NCBI RefSeq assembly: GCF_006345805.1
Contig: NC_043000.1
Coordinates: 51,770,001-51,834,000, forward strand
Source: Octopus sinensis
Lineage: Eukaryota
DNA: 64,000 nt
Reading direction: 5' to 3'
Within the stretch, counting starts at the first letter, position 1; each line of letters begins with the position of its first letter. The notes under the pieces were generated by a model. That model was given only the letters and a program-made list of their open reading frames with translations, was not told the DNA's origin and searched no databases. This document shows positions 23,696 to 37,360 of this stretch, piece after piece. The position numbers and the translations under genes were made by a program.

Positions 23696-26600
23696 ATATC
23701 TTATACTGTACTTAGAGCGAGCAAGAATGTTATTAGAAATAAGTTTCCATTAAACAAACCTGTGGTATAGTCCATAATACTGTTCACAATACTTGTGGAT
23801 GTGTATTCTCCTTTGACAGTTTATATCAGTTCCTTTTTGTAACCCACGTTAACATATTTTTATTGAAATGCACTGCCCCTTATTAAGGTGATGTTTGCAA
23901 AATAAATTAACATGAAATTTTGTAGGAAGGTATTGACTTATATCACTTTTAAACAGGAAATTCATACCATAGTGTCAAGGGTGGTCTCAGGTTGGGTTGG
24001 TATCAAAAAGATTAAATTGTTTAAAAGACTGAAGTTGTGATTTATAGAAATAGTTTTAGCAGAGAAATAAAGATATATTTTGAAAAAGAGTGCTAGATAA
24101 AGATACTAACCTAGTTAGAAAAGTTATATGATTTAATATTTACTGAGACAATGAAGAGTGGTGGAGTGGGAGGAATAAGGGGCTATTGTACAGAGAGAGT
24201 GGATGGTTTAATCGAGTTTGATATAAGGGAGCTGAGTCTAACATGGTTAAAAGCAAAAATGGTCATACTGGTTAACTCTAGAGGTGATATGTTGGTAGTG
24301 TTGGTAGAGGTCGTAGTAATAATAGAAGTAGTAGAAAATATAGTTACTGTGTTAATTACTACTTTTACTAGGATTGTTAAGTGACTGAATACTGGCTCTT
24401 TGAATTTGCTTGTGACACAGTCCTAATAATAATGTTATTTAATTTCCTTCCATATTATGTCAGTCTTATAAGGTTTAAATGCTTTCCTTTCCATGCCATT
24501 ATATGAAGAAAATATTACGAGTAGGAGGAAGCATCAATCTACCCAGCTAACCTTCGCAACACAGATAAAAACAAGATTTAAAAATTCTCTTAGAAATGAG
24601 TTCTAACATTATAGCTAACAGTAAACTGTTTACAATATATTTTGACTTCAATTTAAAAACATCTTCATTGCTCCCATATCTACCATCTTCACTACCATCA
24701 CGGCTTCCATACATAACAATAAACAGCAACTCTTTTTATGATCTAAAAATAGTGTTTACAGCTTAATATATATATATATATTTGCATACTTTGCCCCTTA
24801 CCTATCTTTATTCTACCTCCACCCACCCAGTTCACTATAATAATAATGAAAAAGAACAATAAAAATAAGAAAGCAAAATGCAATATGTATTGATTTTGTC
24901 ATTTTTAACAATTTTTTTTATATCAATGTTGGTGGGGATTTTACTGGAAAAAAAAAGTATTTTCTTGCTAACTTTAGATCTTGCTATTATAGTAAAGCAG
25001 TTTGCCTACCAGTCAAGATAATTCCTCAATCATATCGGAATTTCTTTTATATGCTCTTAAAGGCTTCTCAGTTTTCTTGTTCAGTGAAATGCTTCCAATT
25101 TGTTCTTGTTCTCATATTTTATTGATTTGTTCAGATTACTTGAGTCTAAGTGTTGCCAAATGCAGAATCTTGGCAGTTTTATCAATTTAATCTTTTACCA
25201 TTGCCATTTTTGTTTCCTTAGCATCTTGTGGTATTTGTTTACATAGATATCAGCATAGTTTAATGGATATCTAGTATTTTAGTAATAAATAGAATGCGTT
25301 TTATTTCTATTTGCTCACAAACTTTTGACACAACTACATTACCAAGATTAAACATATATAAGATAATTTTCTGTTTTTCTATCATGTATTCTTCGAAGAT
25401 CAAAACTATTCCTTCATATTGTATTGGCAGGTCATAAGTCCAACCAGATTTCTTGGGTTGAAATGGTTTTTCTTTTTAGATTTCTTTTCTTTTTTGTTTT
25501 TCTTTGAAGGAAGTAAAAGGATTCTATCATTAGCATTTGTTTTCTCACTTGTTAAAAATATGTAAAGTGTAATAATCTTTACAAATAAAGTAAACCACAT
25601 GGACTCATATATAAACCATCTTAAAAATTGTCGTTCCATTGACTTCTTTACTGTTCAGAAGAACATTATTTGAACAGAGAAGCAAATCTGTAGCCACAAG
25701 TAGGTGAGAAAATAGTCACATGTATACTCCAAACAATCAAGTTTGCTGATCATATCCCTGCTTCACTTATAATGCATTAATATATATTTCACACAGACAG
25801 ATTTTATGTACAAAATAATATGCTTTAGTTTTCAGAATGGTGTTATATCTTTGTATGATTGATATGATTACAAAAATGTTTGCATACTGGCCTAAACCTG
25901 AGAAAAGGATGAAACTAAGATATTAGATAAACTGAGTGATGTTGACAATGCATATATAATCAAAAGAATAAATCCCACCACCAACAATACCCCACCTAAA
26001 AACATAAACAGAATAAGAAGAGGATAGAACAACATAAAACTGGATTTAGTGACTTGCAACAGTTCTGATTAGTAAGCTACTAGGTTATTACAGTTCCCTG
26101 TATTATCTTTTATAGAACCACATGAAAGCTACCTACTGATGCAATATGCTGAGATATAATTCTTGTTATAATACTGTAATTGTATGACTCTGACAATGGT
26201 GAAGTTACACAGAGTATATTCAAATTCAATTTCGCATTCATCTATCTTGTATTAGATCAGATGTAGATTCCTTCAGACCTTAATTTCTATCAAACTGCAA
26301 GCTGTTATTGGGTGCAAACCATCTGTATTTTAACATAATTGAATTAGGTTTGTTTTCTATTCTGCTATAATTTCTTATATTGCTCCAGATTTTTATAGGA
26401 AACAATGTAAGAGAATAAACTAACTTTTACAATGATTAATGGTTTTGATGTTTGTTATTTCAAATTCCTGCAGAAAGCAGGCTTTATATGTATGTGTGCA
26501 TATAGCCATGCTGTCATTTCAAATAAACTGAGTGAAAGAAAATTTCTAGAAATCAAAGAAAATAAGTGAAGAGAAAAAAAAAAAAGGAAACAATGTTTCA

Positions 26601-26967
26601 TAACTCAAAAGAAAATTTAATTTAGTTAAAAATATGATTAATCACATTTTAACATTGAAATGTGGGAGTTATTTTATGATAAAGTCTTCTTTTTTGTTTT
26701 TCTTTCATACTAATGTATGGAATATTTTCAAAGCTTTCTCCATATAATTTTATTGATATTTTCATGTAACACAATGGAAAATATAATTTACATTATTATT
26801 ATTATTATCATTATTTTTTTGGCTGAGAAAGAAAATAAGATTGTGTGTGTATGTGTGTTGGAACATGTGTGCATTATATGTGTTATGTGATGTGCACATA
26901 TATATGTATATATATATGCATACATACATGTTTCAACACATATACTACAGATACATGTACGTACATA

Positions 26968-27009
<42 letters not shown>

Positions 27010-27623
27010 GTATGTATGTATATTTTTAGGAAAAAATATCAAATTTTCAAATACTATAAGAAATATTGTATTCATTGTTACTATCCTTAAAAATTATATA
27101 GATTTATGTAAGACATGTAAATTACATGGAACTAAGATGAAAATAATTCTTCATCTTTTGTCTCCACTTCATTTCTCATTGGCTATAAGTTAGTTTCTCT
27201 TTTGTCTTTTGATTTCTTGTTTGTTATTTGATGCGGTGAATTTTACTATGAATTTTAATAGAAATTCTTTCATAGTCATGATTTGTATATAATTACGTTG
27301 AATAAGAATAAGTAGTGACAAATCAGAAGAAATATATTCCATTTGAGTAATAGCATGAATTTATTTTCTAACATTTGGGTATTTTGGAGGGTTGAGGGAA
27401 AGGAGAGCAACACTTTATTTTTTTAGTTTTTTATTTTTAGTTTTTGTTACCATTGCTTAGAAATTTAAATATTTATTCAAGTGCTCCAGAATGTGAGAAT
27501 CCTCTGATAACCAGGAGGACACTCAATTTTACACCACCTATTTATCTATCTATCACTCCCTCTCTCTCACTCATAAGGATTATTAGAAAGTAGCATTAGC
27601 ATTACCTTTAATTCTTTTTTTCT

Positions 27624-27690
<67 letters not shown>

Positions 27691-28037
27691 AGCTTCCAAT
27701 AGGCCTACACATGTTTCTATTGCATTGATTAGTAACTATTGCAATTGCAACCTTACTATAATATTGGTGCAGTTTCTTCAGGGTCTTCACTTTAATATCC
27801 TTTGATTTAACTGTTTGAAGTCTTCCATTGATTTTCTTTGTGTTCTATTACGTGAAGTTATGTTAATTAAGATATGAATGGTTTTCAATTTAAGTTTTCA
27901 TTGGATAATCACTTATTTTTCTTTATAGCCAGTTATTTCAAAACATTCTATTGTTTAAATGTTTATAACTCATTTATATTGAGCAAAAGTAAATTTATAT
28001 ATATGTGTATATATATATATATATATATTTAACTAAA

Positions 28038-28087
28038 AAGGGTAAGCAACAGGTTGCTTAACCACATACAACCAGTTGCTTACCCTT
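28038..28087. repeat. Palindromic 50-bp element (19-bp inverted repeats)
   Basis: aagggtaagcaacaggttg (28038-28056) versus the reverse complement of 28069-28087, aagggtaagcaactggttg; 18/19 match. Confidence 0.85.
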
Positions 28088-28453
28088 CTTTATTTATATA
28101 TATATATATAAAGAACTTTTTGTAAAAGTTACTACCGATAATGGTTATATTTCCATACTGATAACTACTCGGGAATAATTGTTGATTTTAAATTAATAAT
28201 TATTTACCCTTATATTATTGATATATATATATGTCACCTTTTTCTCTTATATGAAAGAGACCAATCCCTTACACACAGTTTTCTATTGTCTTTATAGCCT
28301 ATATAATTTAAAACATTATATCTTTGATTCAATAAATGAAATGCCTTTTGTGACATCTGCTAAATCATCTTTTTGTTATATTGTTTTTTTTTTTTTGTTG
28401 TGGATTTTTTTTCTCTCAAATTTCTATAAGGTTCCCCTTTCTGTTATTTTCAG

Positions 28454-28649
28454 CCACCAATTGTAACCGGCATATCAGCAGTGCTGATGGGAAAAACGGT
28501 ACCATAACCAGTCCAAATTATCCAAATCCATACCCAGGGGATATTACATGTCGTTTTACTTTTGAGGGTTCTGGACCCGAGAGAGTACAACTGCGTTTCA
28601 CACACATGGATCTATACTTTCCAGGTGGTAATGCTGCAAAACCTCACGA
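28454..28649 (+). CDS. Internal coding exon (196 nt, phase 1 to phase 2) of a CUB-domain protein; SOL-1 (suppressor of lurcher)-like is a plausible but unproven identity
   Basis: Acceptor ctgttattttcag| and donor |gtaagt (28650-28655). Translation xTNCNRHISSADGKNGTITSPNYPNPYPGDITCRFTFEGSGPERVQLRFTHMDLYFPGGNAAKPH(E/D) has the CUB hallmarks C...G.I.SPNYP..YP....C.(W/F).(I/F)......V.L.F; a phase-1 5' boundary is typical of CUB modules. Confidence 0.9.
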
Positions 28650-28767
28650 GTAAGTAGAGAATTACTAATTTCATATTTTGATTGGAACTCATTAAGAAAA
28701 GACAAATATTTACTTGTACAGAAAATAACTGTGTGCATATGTGAGTGTGTATATGTATGTATATATA

Positions 28768-29068
28768 ACTGGCACTCCGTTGGTTACAATAATAAGGGTT
28801 GCTGTTGATCCAATTAACGTGCATGTGGCTGAGCTCTCCATAGATACATGTACCCTTAACATAGTTCTCAGGGAGATTCATCTTGACATAAAGTGTGACA
28901 ACACTGGCCCTTTGAAATACAGATATTACTAATTTTTGCCAGCTGAGTGGACTGGAGTAATGTGGAATAAAGTGTTTTGCTCAAGGACACAACATATCGC
29001 CAGGAATTGAACTCACGACCTTGCAATCATAAGTCAAATACCCTAAACACTAAGCCACATGCCTTCAC
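28768..29068 (-). mobile_element. tRNA-derived SINE family F, full length
   Basis: Reverse complement gtgaaggcatgtggcttagtgtttaggg (A box) ... gtgagttcaattcctgg (B box) ... tgtgtccttgagcaaaacactt. Confidence 0.85.
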
Positions 29069-29076
29069 TATATATA

Positions 29077-29173
<97 letters not shown>
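29069..29173. repeat. (TA)n(TG)n microsatellite
   Basis: Directly visible. Confidence 0.95.
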
Positions 29174-29174
<1 letters not shown>

Positions 29175-30432
29175 ATTTTTTGTTTATTTTGTAGTTTCAG
29201 CTCAGAGCTGTGGCCATATATTAACACACACACACATATGTATGTGTATGTGTGTGTATAAATAAATAGTCTTGCAGTTAAAAAAAAAAATTAAAAAGCA
29301 AAACAACAAAATTAATCCCTTTATTTCTTTATGTTATCTTTTTAAAGCTGTAAGGCATCTCAAGCTTTAGTGTGGTTAAGTTAGCACCCTTATATTTGCA
29401 AATTGCTTGATCATTAATATTTATTTATCTACTTATGCCAGTTCAGCTACAGTTTGTCAATAATTGACTGTTAGCTTGAGTAGTATTTCAGCTGTTGATT
29501 GGAATTTAGTGTTTATTCACATGTCTTTTTTACTAATGCTATTTCCTAACAGCCTCTGTTAAATAAAGGGTATTTAAATAACTCCCCACAGCAACTGTTA
29601 GATCATGAGTAAAATGTAATGAAATTATTGAATTCAGTTCATGAAGAAAAACAACATACAAATAATGTAATTAGTTCATCACTGAACAAGCCCTAAGGTT
29701 TGTAAGCAACAGCTAGAGCAGTGAGCTAAAGTTAATTTAGCACTCAGCCAAAGAAACGCAAAAAAAAAAAAAAAAAAACTAATGAAACAAAATTATAAAA
29801 TAGTGCCAAATCAATTGTCATAATTCAATCATTTAAATGTTCATTAATAAATATATAATTAAAGTGTGAAATTATTCCTTGCTTGTGTTCTTTGTTACCT
29901 CCAGTCATCAGTGTACTTCTTAGTCGACAGATATTAAATGTTCATGAGAACCATTAGGTTTTTGTAATGTGAAATAGGTTTTTTAGCATTAGGTAATTGC
30001 AAATGAATATTTCTACATGTTGAAATGTTAAAAAAAGTGGAGAAAAAATATTGTCCTAGTCTACAGATAGCATATTTAAAAATAAGCTAATGCTAAATTT
30101 ACTTTTACTGCTCAAAGCTTTTATAAGCATTTCTGTTTTCTCTAATACATGCACAAAATTTATATTTGCATGTTACTTACCAACGAGGAATTCTTTATAG
30201 TAGTAAAACAAAAAACAACACTCATTGCAAATTGAATGACATGGTTTAAATGCAGATCCTATCTGATTCATTTCTATATTTGTTCTACTCTCTACCTATA
30301 TTCTGATAAATTTGAAGGATGTTCGCACAGGAATTGGCAGGAGCTGCAATGACTATATGCACTTTGTATCTCACCATCATTGTCATTAATACCATGTCAT
30401 GAGACATAATGTATTGGCTATTTGTTCATTGG

Positions 30433-30482
30433 ATTTAAGTTCAGATATGTTGCACACATTTAAGTTCAGATATGTTGCACAC
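30433..30482. repeat. Perfect 25-bp tandem duplication
   Basis: atttaagttcagatatgttgcacac x2. Confidence 0.95.
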
Positions 30483-33400
30483 AGTTCATAGCGTATCTAT
30501 GCAGATCACTTTCGTTTTACTGTGACTCATTTTATCTACCATTGGAAATAGGTATCTAATCATCTGGGAATGCCACCTGCAATGGGCCGGCATCCTATCT
30601 ACAGATGAGATTTATTCTGCATTCATTTCATGAAACTGGTGCCAGTTGTCCTTCAGATCAATGGTTATCCATTCTCTAAAGACAAAGAAATGTAGAAAGA
30701 TAGAAAGTTGAAATGGAGTAGTAGTGTCACTCTTTGCTCTCTCTAATTCTGGGTCAGTAGAATAGATATAGAGAATGAGAGACAGAAAGAGACAGGAGTA
30801 TAATAATGATGGTGGCAGCAATACTTTTGTGCTTCTTTTTTTCAGTTTTTCTTTAATCTTGTCCTCTCTTTCTCCTTACCTCCCTTCCTCCCCTCTCTCT
30901 CTTTCTCTCTCTTTCTCTATCATAGTGGAATAGAGAGATGGAGAATGGAAAACACACATGAAGAGAGAAACAGTGTAAGAGTGGAATGATGGCGATGATG
31001 ACAGCAATACATTTGTGTGATGTCATATTCTTTGTTTTTCTTCCTCTAGTCTTTCTTTAATCTTTTCATATTTCTCTGTGTCCCTCTACCTGGAGTTGAA
31101 GAATAGAGAGATATAGAAAATGAGAGACACATAAGAAGAGATAGAAAAATACATAGAGAAAGTTAGCGGAAGAGCGATGCTAATAATAATGGTAGTTACA
31201 TTTGTGCGATGCCAAATTCACCTTTTTTCTTTCTCAGTAGTGTCATTTTAATCTTTCTGTCAATCATTTTCACTGTCTCTTTTTAAAATTATGGAACAAT
31301 GAGTGAATAGAAAATGAAAGACTCACATGAAGTAAGATTCCTAAATATACAGTGAGAAAGAAGATTGATAGTAATGATAGTGGTAATTTGAAAGCTGGAT
31401 CAAATTCTACAGCCATCATATCCTGTTACAGTGTCCTTTTGTATTAAGTGAATGCTGAGTTTTGTCCCTATCATTCAAGCCGTAGAGTGTTGAAAAGGGT
31501 TACATTTACAGCAGTATTAAGTAACATACCAATGTACATTAACACATTATTGGCCTCTGAATTCAAAATGATGTGTATTTAGAGGGATTCCAAGGTTCGG
31601 TTATCCATTCATCTCCATACTTCTATTGATATGTATATAGCTATGGTTAACCGAAATACATACAAAGGCACACTTCATTGCAAACTTCTTGAATGACTTT
31701 CCAGGCCACTTCCTTGTGAATTTAATTTTGATTGTAGTGTTGTGTGAATTTCACATCCAGAAACCTATCTCTAATATATTTCAGGTGATTTATTGTTGGG
31801 TTTCATTACCATTCAAAACCTGAATTACTCGAATTAATGATAGAGCATCATCATTATCATCAGCATCAACATCTTCATCACCATTTTAACATCCAATTTT
31901 CTATGCTTGTATGGATCAGATGAAATTTATTGAGGCATATTTTTTTATGAATGAATGCCTGTCTTGTCCATTAACTCACACCTTTTTCTAAGCCCTGTAA
32001 TATTTCCCTGTGGCCAGACAATGTTTTCATGGGACATTGGAAATGAAGGACACTGATATGTATGGTGCTAGTGCTTGTTTATAACCATCATGTGATGTAA
32101 GGAGGAGACACAAATGCAAACACAGCCAAGCACACACACACACACAGTTGGATTCTTTCAGTTTCTGTCTCCTACATTTACTCACCAGGTTTTGATAAGC
32201 CTAGAGCTATAGTTGAAGACACTTATCAAAGGTACCGTACAATAGATTTGAACCACAAACCACATAGTTAAAAGCAAAGTTCTTAACCATACAGACATGC
32301 CTTTATAAAAAGGAGAATTGTTTTTTATCCGATAATCAATGAGCTGCAAGAAAAAAAAACTACACTGATATCCATTTACATGCATTAAGAATAATAGTTA
32401 TATTCTGAGACAAGTTTTATATCTTGGTTTCCTTACCTGGATTGGTGTACTAATTTTTGTGTGTATATGTATGTGTATATATCTCTGTATCTATTTGTAT
32501 ATCATCATCACAGCCATCATCATCATTTTAGCAACCACTTTTCCACGCTTACATGGGTTGGAAAGAATTCATTTAGATTTTTTATGACTGGATGGCCCTC
32601 ATCATGCCAACCCCTCACCTCTTTCCAAATAAAATAATATTATCCAATGGCCAGACATGCCGTTACAGAAGATTGAAAAACAAAAGACACCATCTGCATG
32701 TGAGAAACACTAATTTACAACTACCATGCGATACCATGATTAGGATATTTCACCACACACACACATTAACTAATATACATACAGTAAATGTATGTGTATA
32801 TATATATATAATTCATTATAGAATATTCCATAGGGAAATATATTTATATATTTATCAACTACTATATAAAAGCACAGACCTTCAATCTGTAATACTTTGA
32901 AAAGTACCAACACACGAAACGACTGGTGTTGGTGATTCTTGAAGGTGATGCCCCAACATGGCCACAGTCTAATGACTGAAACAAGTAGAAGATAAAAGGT
33001 ATACATACACACATGCACACATATTACATGTATATATGATAGCACTTATTTCAATTCAATAGTTGGGTATTTCCACTTACTGCTGCTTGTATACAACATT
33101 TATATACTTGCTGTAACATCATTCATTGCCTGTTAGTATGATACTTACACTCTTTTTTTCTTACACTATATATCTGCTAATGTGTGTTATCTGTGTCAGA
33201 TGATATCTGTTTGTAATAAGGAATATATGTTCATTTGTATTAGATCAATCAGCCTCAGTGGGAAAATGTATCAAAACCCCTCAAAAACTATTATAAATCT
33301 ATATATAATACTTTTGCTATAGAAGTAATTCTTCTGAAATAAATGTACAGAAATATGATTCCCCATAAGAATTGCTCTTGACAGCATTAAGACAACTTGA

Positions 33401-34318
33401 ATCTCTTGTAGTCAGCCATTTTACAACACAAATCTTTTGGAAAATCTTGTCTTTTTTTTTTACCCCCCCCCCCTCCCTATTTCATCATCATCATCATCTT
33501 CATCATTATTATTTCTGAAATAAATGCATATATATGAAGAGGTAAAAAAACACACAAAACAAACAGTAACCCTTACATATACAGAACATGTGATGATTCA
33601 TAGGAAATGAGTTTTTAAGAAGAATTGATTTTGATATATGAATATACGTTTAGCTGATTAAACAAGAGATATCTAATTTTTAGACATACAGTATCCCGAA
33701 TTGATTTGATATCGTTAAATGTCAGAGAAATTTGACAGGTTAGTTTTTACATTCCTCTTAGCTTAAGCAAACTTTTCAGACATTGATTCTTTTCCATAAA
33801 TTCCTAACTTCAAACACTGCAGAGGTTTCTACATACCAACATGGGAATATCTTATTCTATATATGTAAGTGTTGGTTAGTAAAACTAGTATTGCTGTTGT
33901 GTTGCTATAGCTAATACTGCTACTGCTCTTGGTTTCTTCTCCTGCCTGCTATTGTATATCTGATAATCAGAAGTGAATATTGATGCATAACTGCTGTTTT
34001 TGTTGTTCATATTTAGTTTAACAATGATGTTTGATTGGCAGAATTGGTGGCATTTTGAATAAAATGCCTTGTGGTATTTTTGTAGCAGGCATTACTTTAT
34101 GTTCTGAGTTAAAATTCCTCTGAGCTTGACTTTTCCTTTCATCTTTCCAAGGTCAATAAAATCAGTACCAATCAATTATTGGGTTGCTATAATTGGCTGT
34201 TCTGACTTCACTAATGAATGTTTTATCCCACTAAACCTTGTGCCTTAGTGAGAAACTAGTATTAACTGTTGCTGCTGCAGAAAACAGAATGTTTCTTTAT
34301 CCTTCACTGGGCACAAAA

Positions 34319-34357
<39 letters not shown>

Positions 34358-34949
34358 ATATATATGTATAAAGTGGAAGTGGAAATACAATGTTTTGATG
34401 TAGCTGCCTTTACTCAATGACATTAGCAGCAAAACTGAGAGAAAGGGATTTAATTCTGGTTTCAAATTTTAGATCAAGGCCAGCAATGTTTTTGGGGGTG
34501 AGGTTAGGTTGATTCCATCAACCCCAGTGCTCAACTGGTATTTATTTTATTGATCCTGAAAGGATGAAGGGAAACATTGACCTTGGTGGAATCTGAACTT
34601 TGAACACAAAGATGGATGACATTCCACTAGGCATTTTACCCAGCATGGTAATGATTTTGTCAGCTCACCACTTTAAAGGGATTTAATATTACTTCAGCAT
34701 TACAACCTCAATGAGGGACTTATGATGCTTGCTACAAATGCTGATAAAATGTTGAACATATATTTGACAATTTTGTTGTCGTTAACTACTATTACTTCAG
34801 ATTTTTGTAATTGTTATTTTTAATCCTTTATATCCTTAATACATTAGGAAAAGTTCATATCACAGCTTCACAAGGGGGGAAATGCAGTCACTTGACATGT
34901 TAGAAATAACAATGAAATGTTTCTCAGATTACATCCTACTGTAATCTGA

Positions 34950-35676
34950 GGTGCCTGAGTGGCTGTGTGGTAAGTAGCTTGTTTACCAACCACATGGTTC
35001 CGCGTTCAGTCCCACTGCATAGCACTTTGGGCAAGTGTCTTCCACTATAGCCTTGGGCCAACCAAAGCCTTGTGTGTGGATTTGGTAGACAGAAACTGAA
35101 AGAAGCCCATCGTATATATGCATATGTATATATATATATACCAGCTCTGTCTGGCCCCCGTGTTGGTGGCACGGAAAAGCACCATCCGTTCGTGTCCATT
35201 GCCAGCCTTGCCTGGCCCCGTGCCGGTGACATGTAAAAGCACCATCCGTTCGTGGCCGTTTGCCAGCTCTGTCTGGCACCTGTGCGGGTGGCACGTAAAA
35301 AGCACCCACTACACTCACGGAGTGGTTGGCGTTAGGAAGAGCATCCAGCCGTAGAAACACTGCCAGATCTGACTGGGCCTGATGAAGCCTTCCAGCTTCA
35401 CAGACCCCAGTTGAACCATCCAACCCATGCCATCATGGAGAACGGACGCTAAATGATGATGATATGTGTGCATTTGTGTGTCTGTGTTTGTCCCTCCAAC
35501 ATCACTTGACAGCCGATGCTGGTGTGTTTACATACCCATAACTTAGCAGTTCAGCAAAAGAGACTGATAGAATAAGTACTAGGCTTACAGAGAATAAGGC
35601 CTGGGGTCAATTTGCTCGACTAAAGGCGGTGCTCCAGCATGGCCACAGTCAAATGACTGAAACAAGTAAAAGAGTA
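34950..35676 (+). mobile_element. SINE family B interrupted by a family C copy (35141-35463)
   Basis: Family B head to (TA)n at 35140; family C subunits and gacgctaaatgatgatgat tail; family B resumes gtgtgtctgtgtttgtccc through to aagtaaaagagta. Confidence 0.85.
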
Positions 35677-35835
35677 CTGTCTTAAGAATAAGTTACTTTG
35701 AATCATATAAGTCTAGATACAAAGTATTTGATAAATAAATTAGATGGTATTGTCATATCTGATTGATTTAGATCTATACAACAGCCATTTCAGAGTTGAT
35801 TTGAAGCTAGACACCAAGTTCTACTTCAACTATCT

Positions 35836-35878
<43 letters not shown>

Positions 35879-36344
35879 TTCCTTAGCAGATAACATGAGC
35901 AGTTTTAGATTCTACTACTTATATTGAATAAGAAACTGGTAGGAAATATATTGGATTATTTTTTCTTAGCTCAAATGAAAAGGAAAAAAATGATAGTCAC
36001 CTTTGATATTAAGTAGTTTGAAGATGTATTCAGCAGGTGTTAGCATAATTTACTGACAATCATTTATTTATGTATAAATGTCACTGAAAAATTAATTTAT
36101 ATTCCATTTCAAACAGTAGAAATACTATCATATATTTTTGAGATATAGAAAGTGACTTTAAATGTTGGTCAATACCTGAATGATCATGAAAAAGATGATG
36201 ATAGTGATGAGAATGGTGGTGGAGGTGGTAGTGGTGGTGATGCCTTAATGTTAACTTGCCACAAATGTGTAAAAATAAAACAAATCTGAAAATGATTTCA
36301 AAAACAAAAGAAATAATGAAAAAAATAAGTTGCAAAAGTTGATA

Positions 36345-36502
36345 CAAGATATATCACGAAAAAACAAAAGACGGTGACAGGTGGTGTAGAAAACAAACAG
36401 ATGTATTAGTATAACGCTCAGGAATTGAGAAAGTCTTTTACATTTCGAGCCTACGTTCTTCCACAAAAAGGAACACAGAAAGAAACAAGGAGAGAAAAAA
36501 AT
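36345..36502 (-). mobile_element. Family D repeat with hammerhead-like motif at 36435-36470
   Basis: The minus strand reads cttt-TTGTGGA-A-GAACgtagGCTC-GAAAT-GTA-aaag; aligns with 8101-8265. Confidence 0.65.
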
Positions 36503-36982
36503 GTGTTTAGTGATTACCGATAGATACACACAGACTCACAAACATACACACACTCATACTCACACACACACACACACAACACACTCTAATATGAAGATGA
36601 AATGAGATGATGATAGAGCCTCCATGTGAGTCACTGACCTGCTTAAAATAACAACCAAATCTTCCTCTAAATCTCAACTTGTCACCTTTAAAAAGAGGTT
36701 ACTTATTTGATAATGTAATTATATCGGCACTGTAAATGAAAAGGTATGGCTGAAAAAGCTTTTGATCATAGATTTTTCTTGATCAGGATTGATATGGAGC
36801 CTAAACATCAACTACGACATAATATGCAAATAAAGGATTTATGGAAATATTGATTTCTAAATTTGGCATCAGGTCGCATTTTTAAAGAATATGATTCAGT
36901 TATCAGATCCTTATTGTATTGACCCTAGAAGGTCGAAATGTAAAAAAAATGTCAGAGATTGAAATCAGAATATTAACTATAA

Positions 36983-37100
36983 TAGGCACAGGCGTGACTG
37001 TGTGGTAAGAAGCTTGTTTCCCAACCACATGGTTCTGGGTTCAGTTCCATTGCAAAGCCTTGTGAGTGGATTTGGTAGACAGAAACTGAAAGAAGACTAT

Positions 37101-37166
<66 letters not shown>

Positions 37167-37360
37167 TGTGTTTGTCCCATCACCATCACTTGACAACCGA
37201 TGTTGGTGTATTTACATCCCATAACTTAGCAGTTCAGCAAAAGTGACTGATAGAATAAGTATCAGGTTTACAAAGAATAAGTCCAGGAGTTGATTTCTTC
37301 GAGTAAAGGGTTGTGCTCCAGCATGGCCACAGTCAAAATGACTGAAACAAGTAAAAGAAT
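36983..37360 (+). mobile_element. SINE family B with an internal deletion of the CORE-like segment
   Basis: The head runs directly from gttccattgc into aaagccttgtgagtgg; normal tail. Confidence 0.8.

Noticed and set aside
28625-28630. Alternative donor ccag|gtggta giving a 171-nt exon
   Set aside because: Weak consensus compared with the perfect gtaagt 25 nt downstream; cannot be excluded without RNA data.
30344-30389. ag|c tgc aat gac tat (D-C-N-D-Y-M-H-F), resembling the expected next CUB exon
   Set aside because: No polypyrimidine tract, an in-frame TAA at 30387-30389 and no further CUB motif.
36921-36945. GACC-ctagaa-GGTC-GAAAT-GTA hammerhead-like hairpin
   Set aside because: No core upstream, and the context matches a decayed minus-strand SINE A (gaccccgaaaggatgaaagg).
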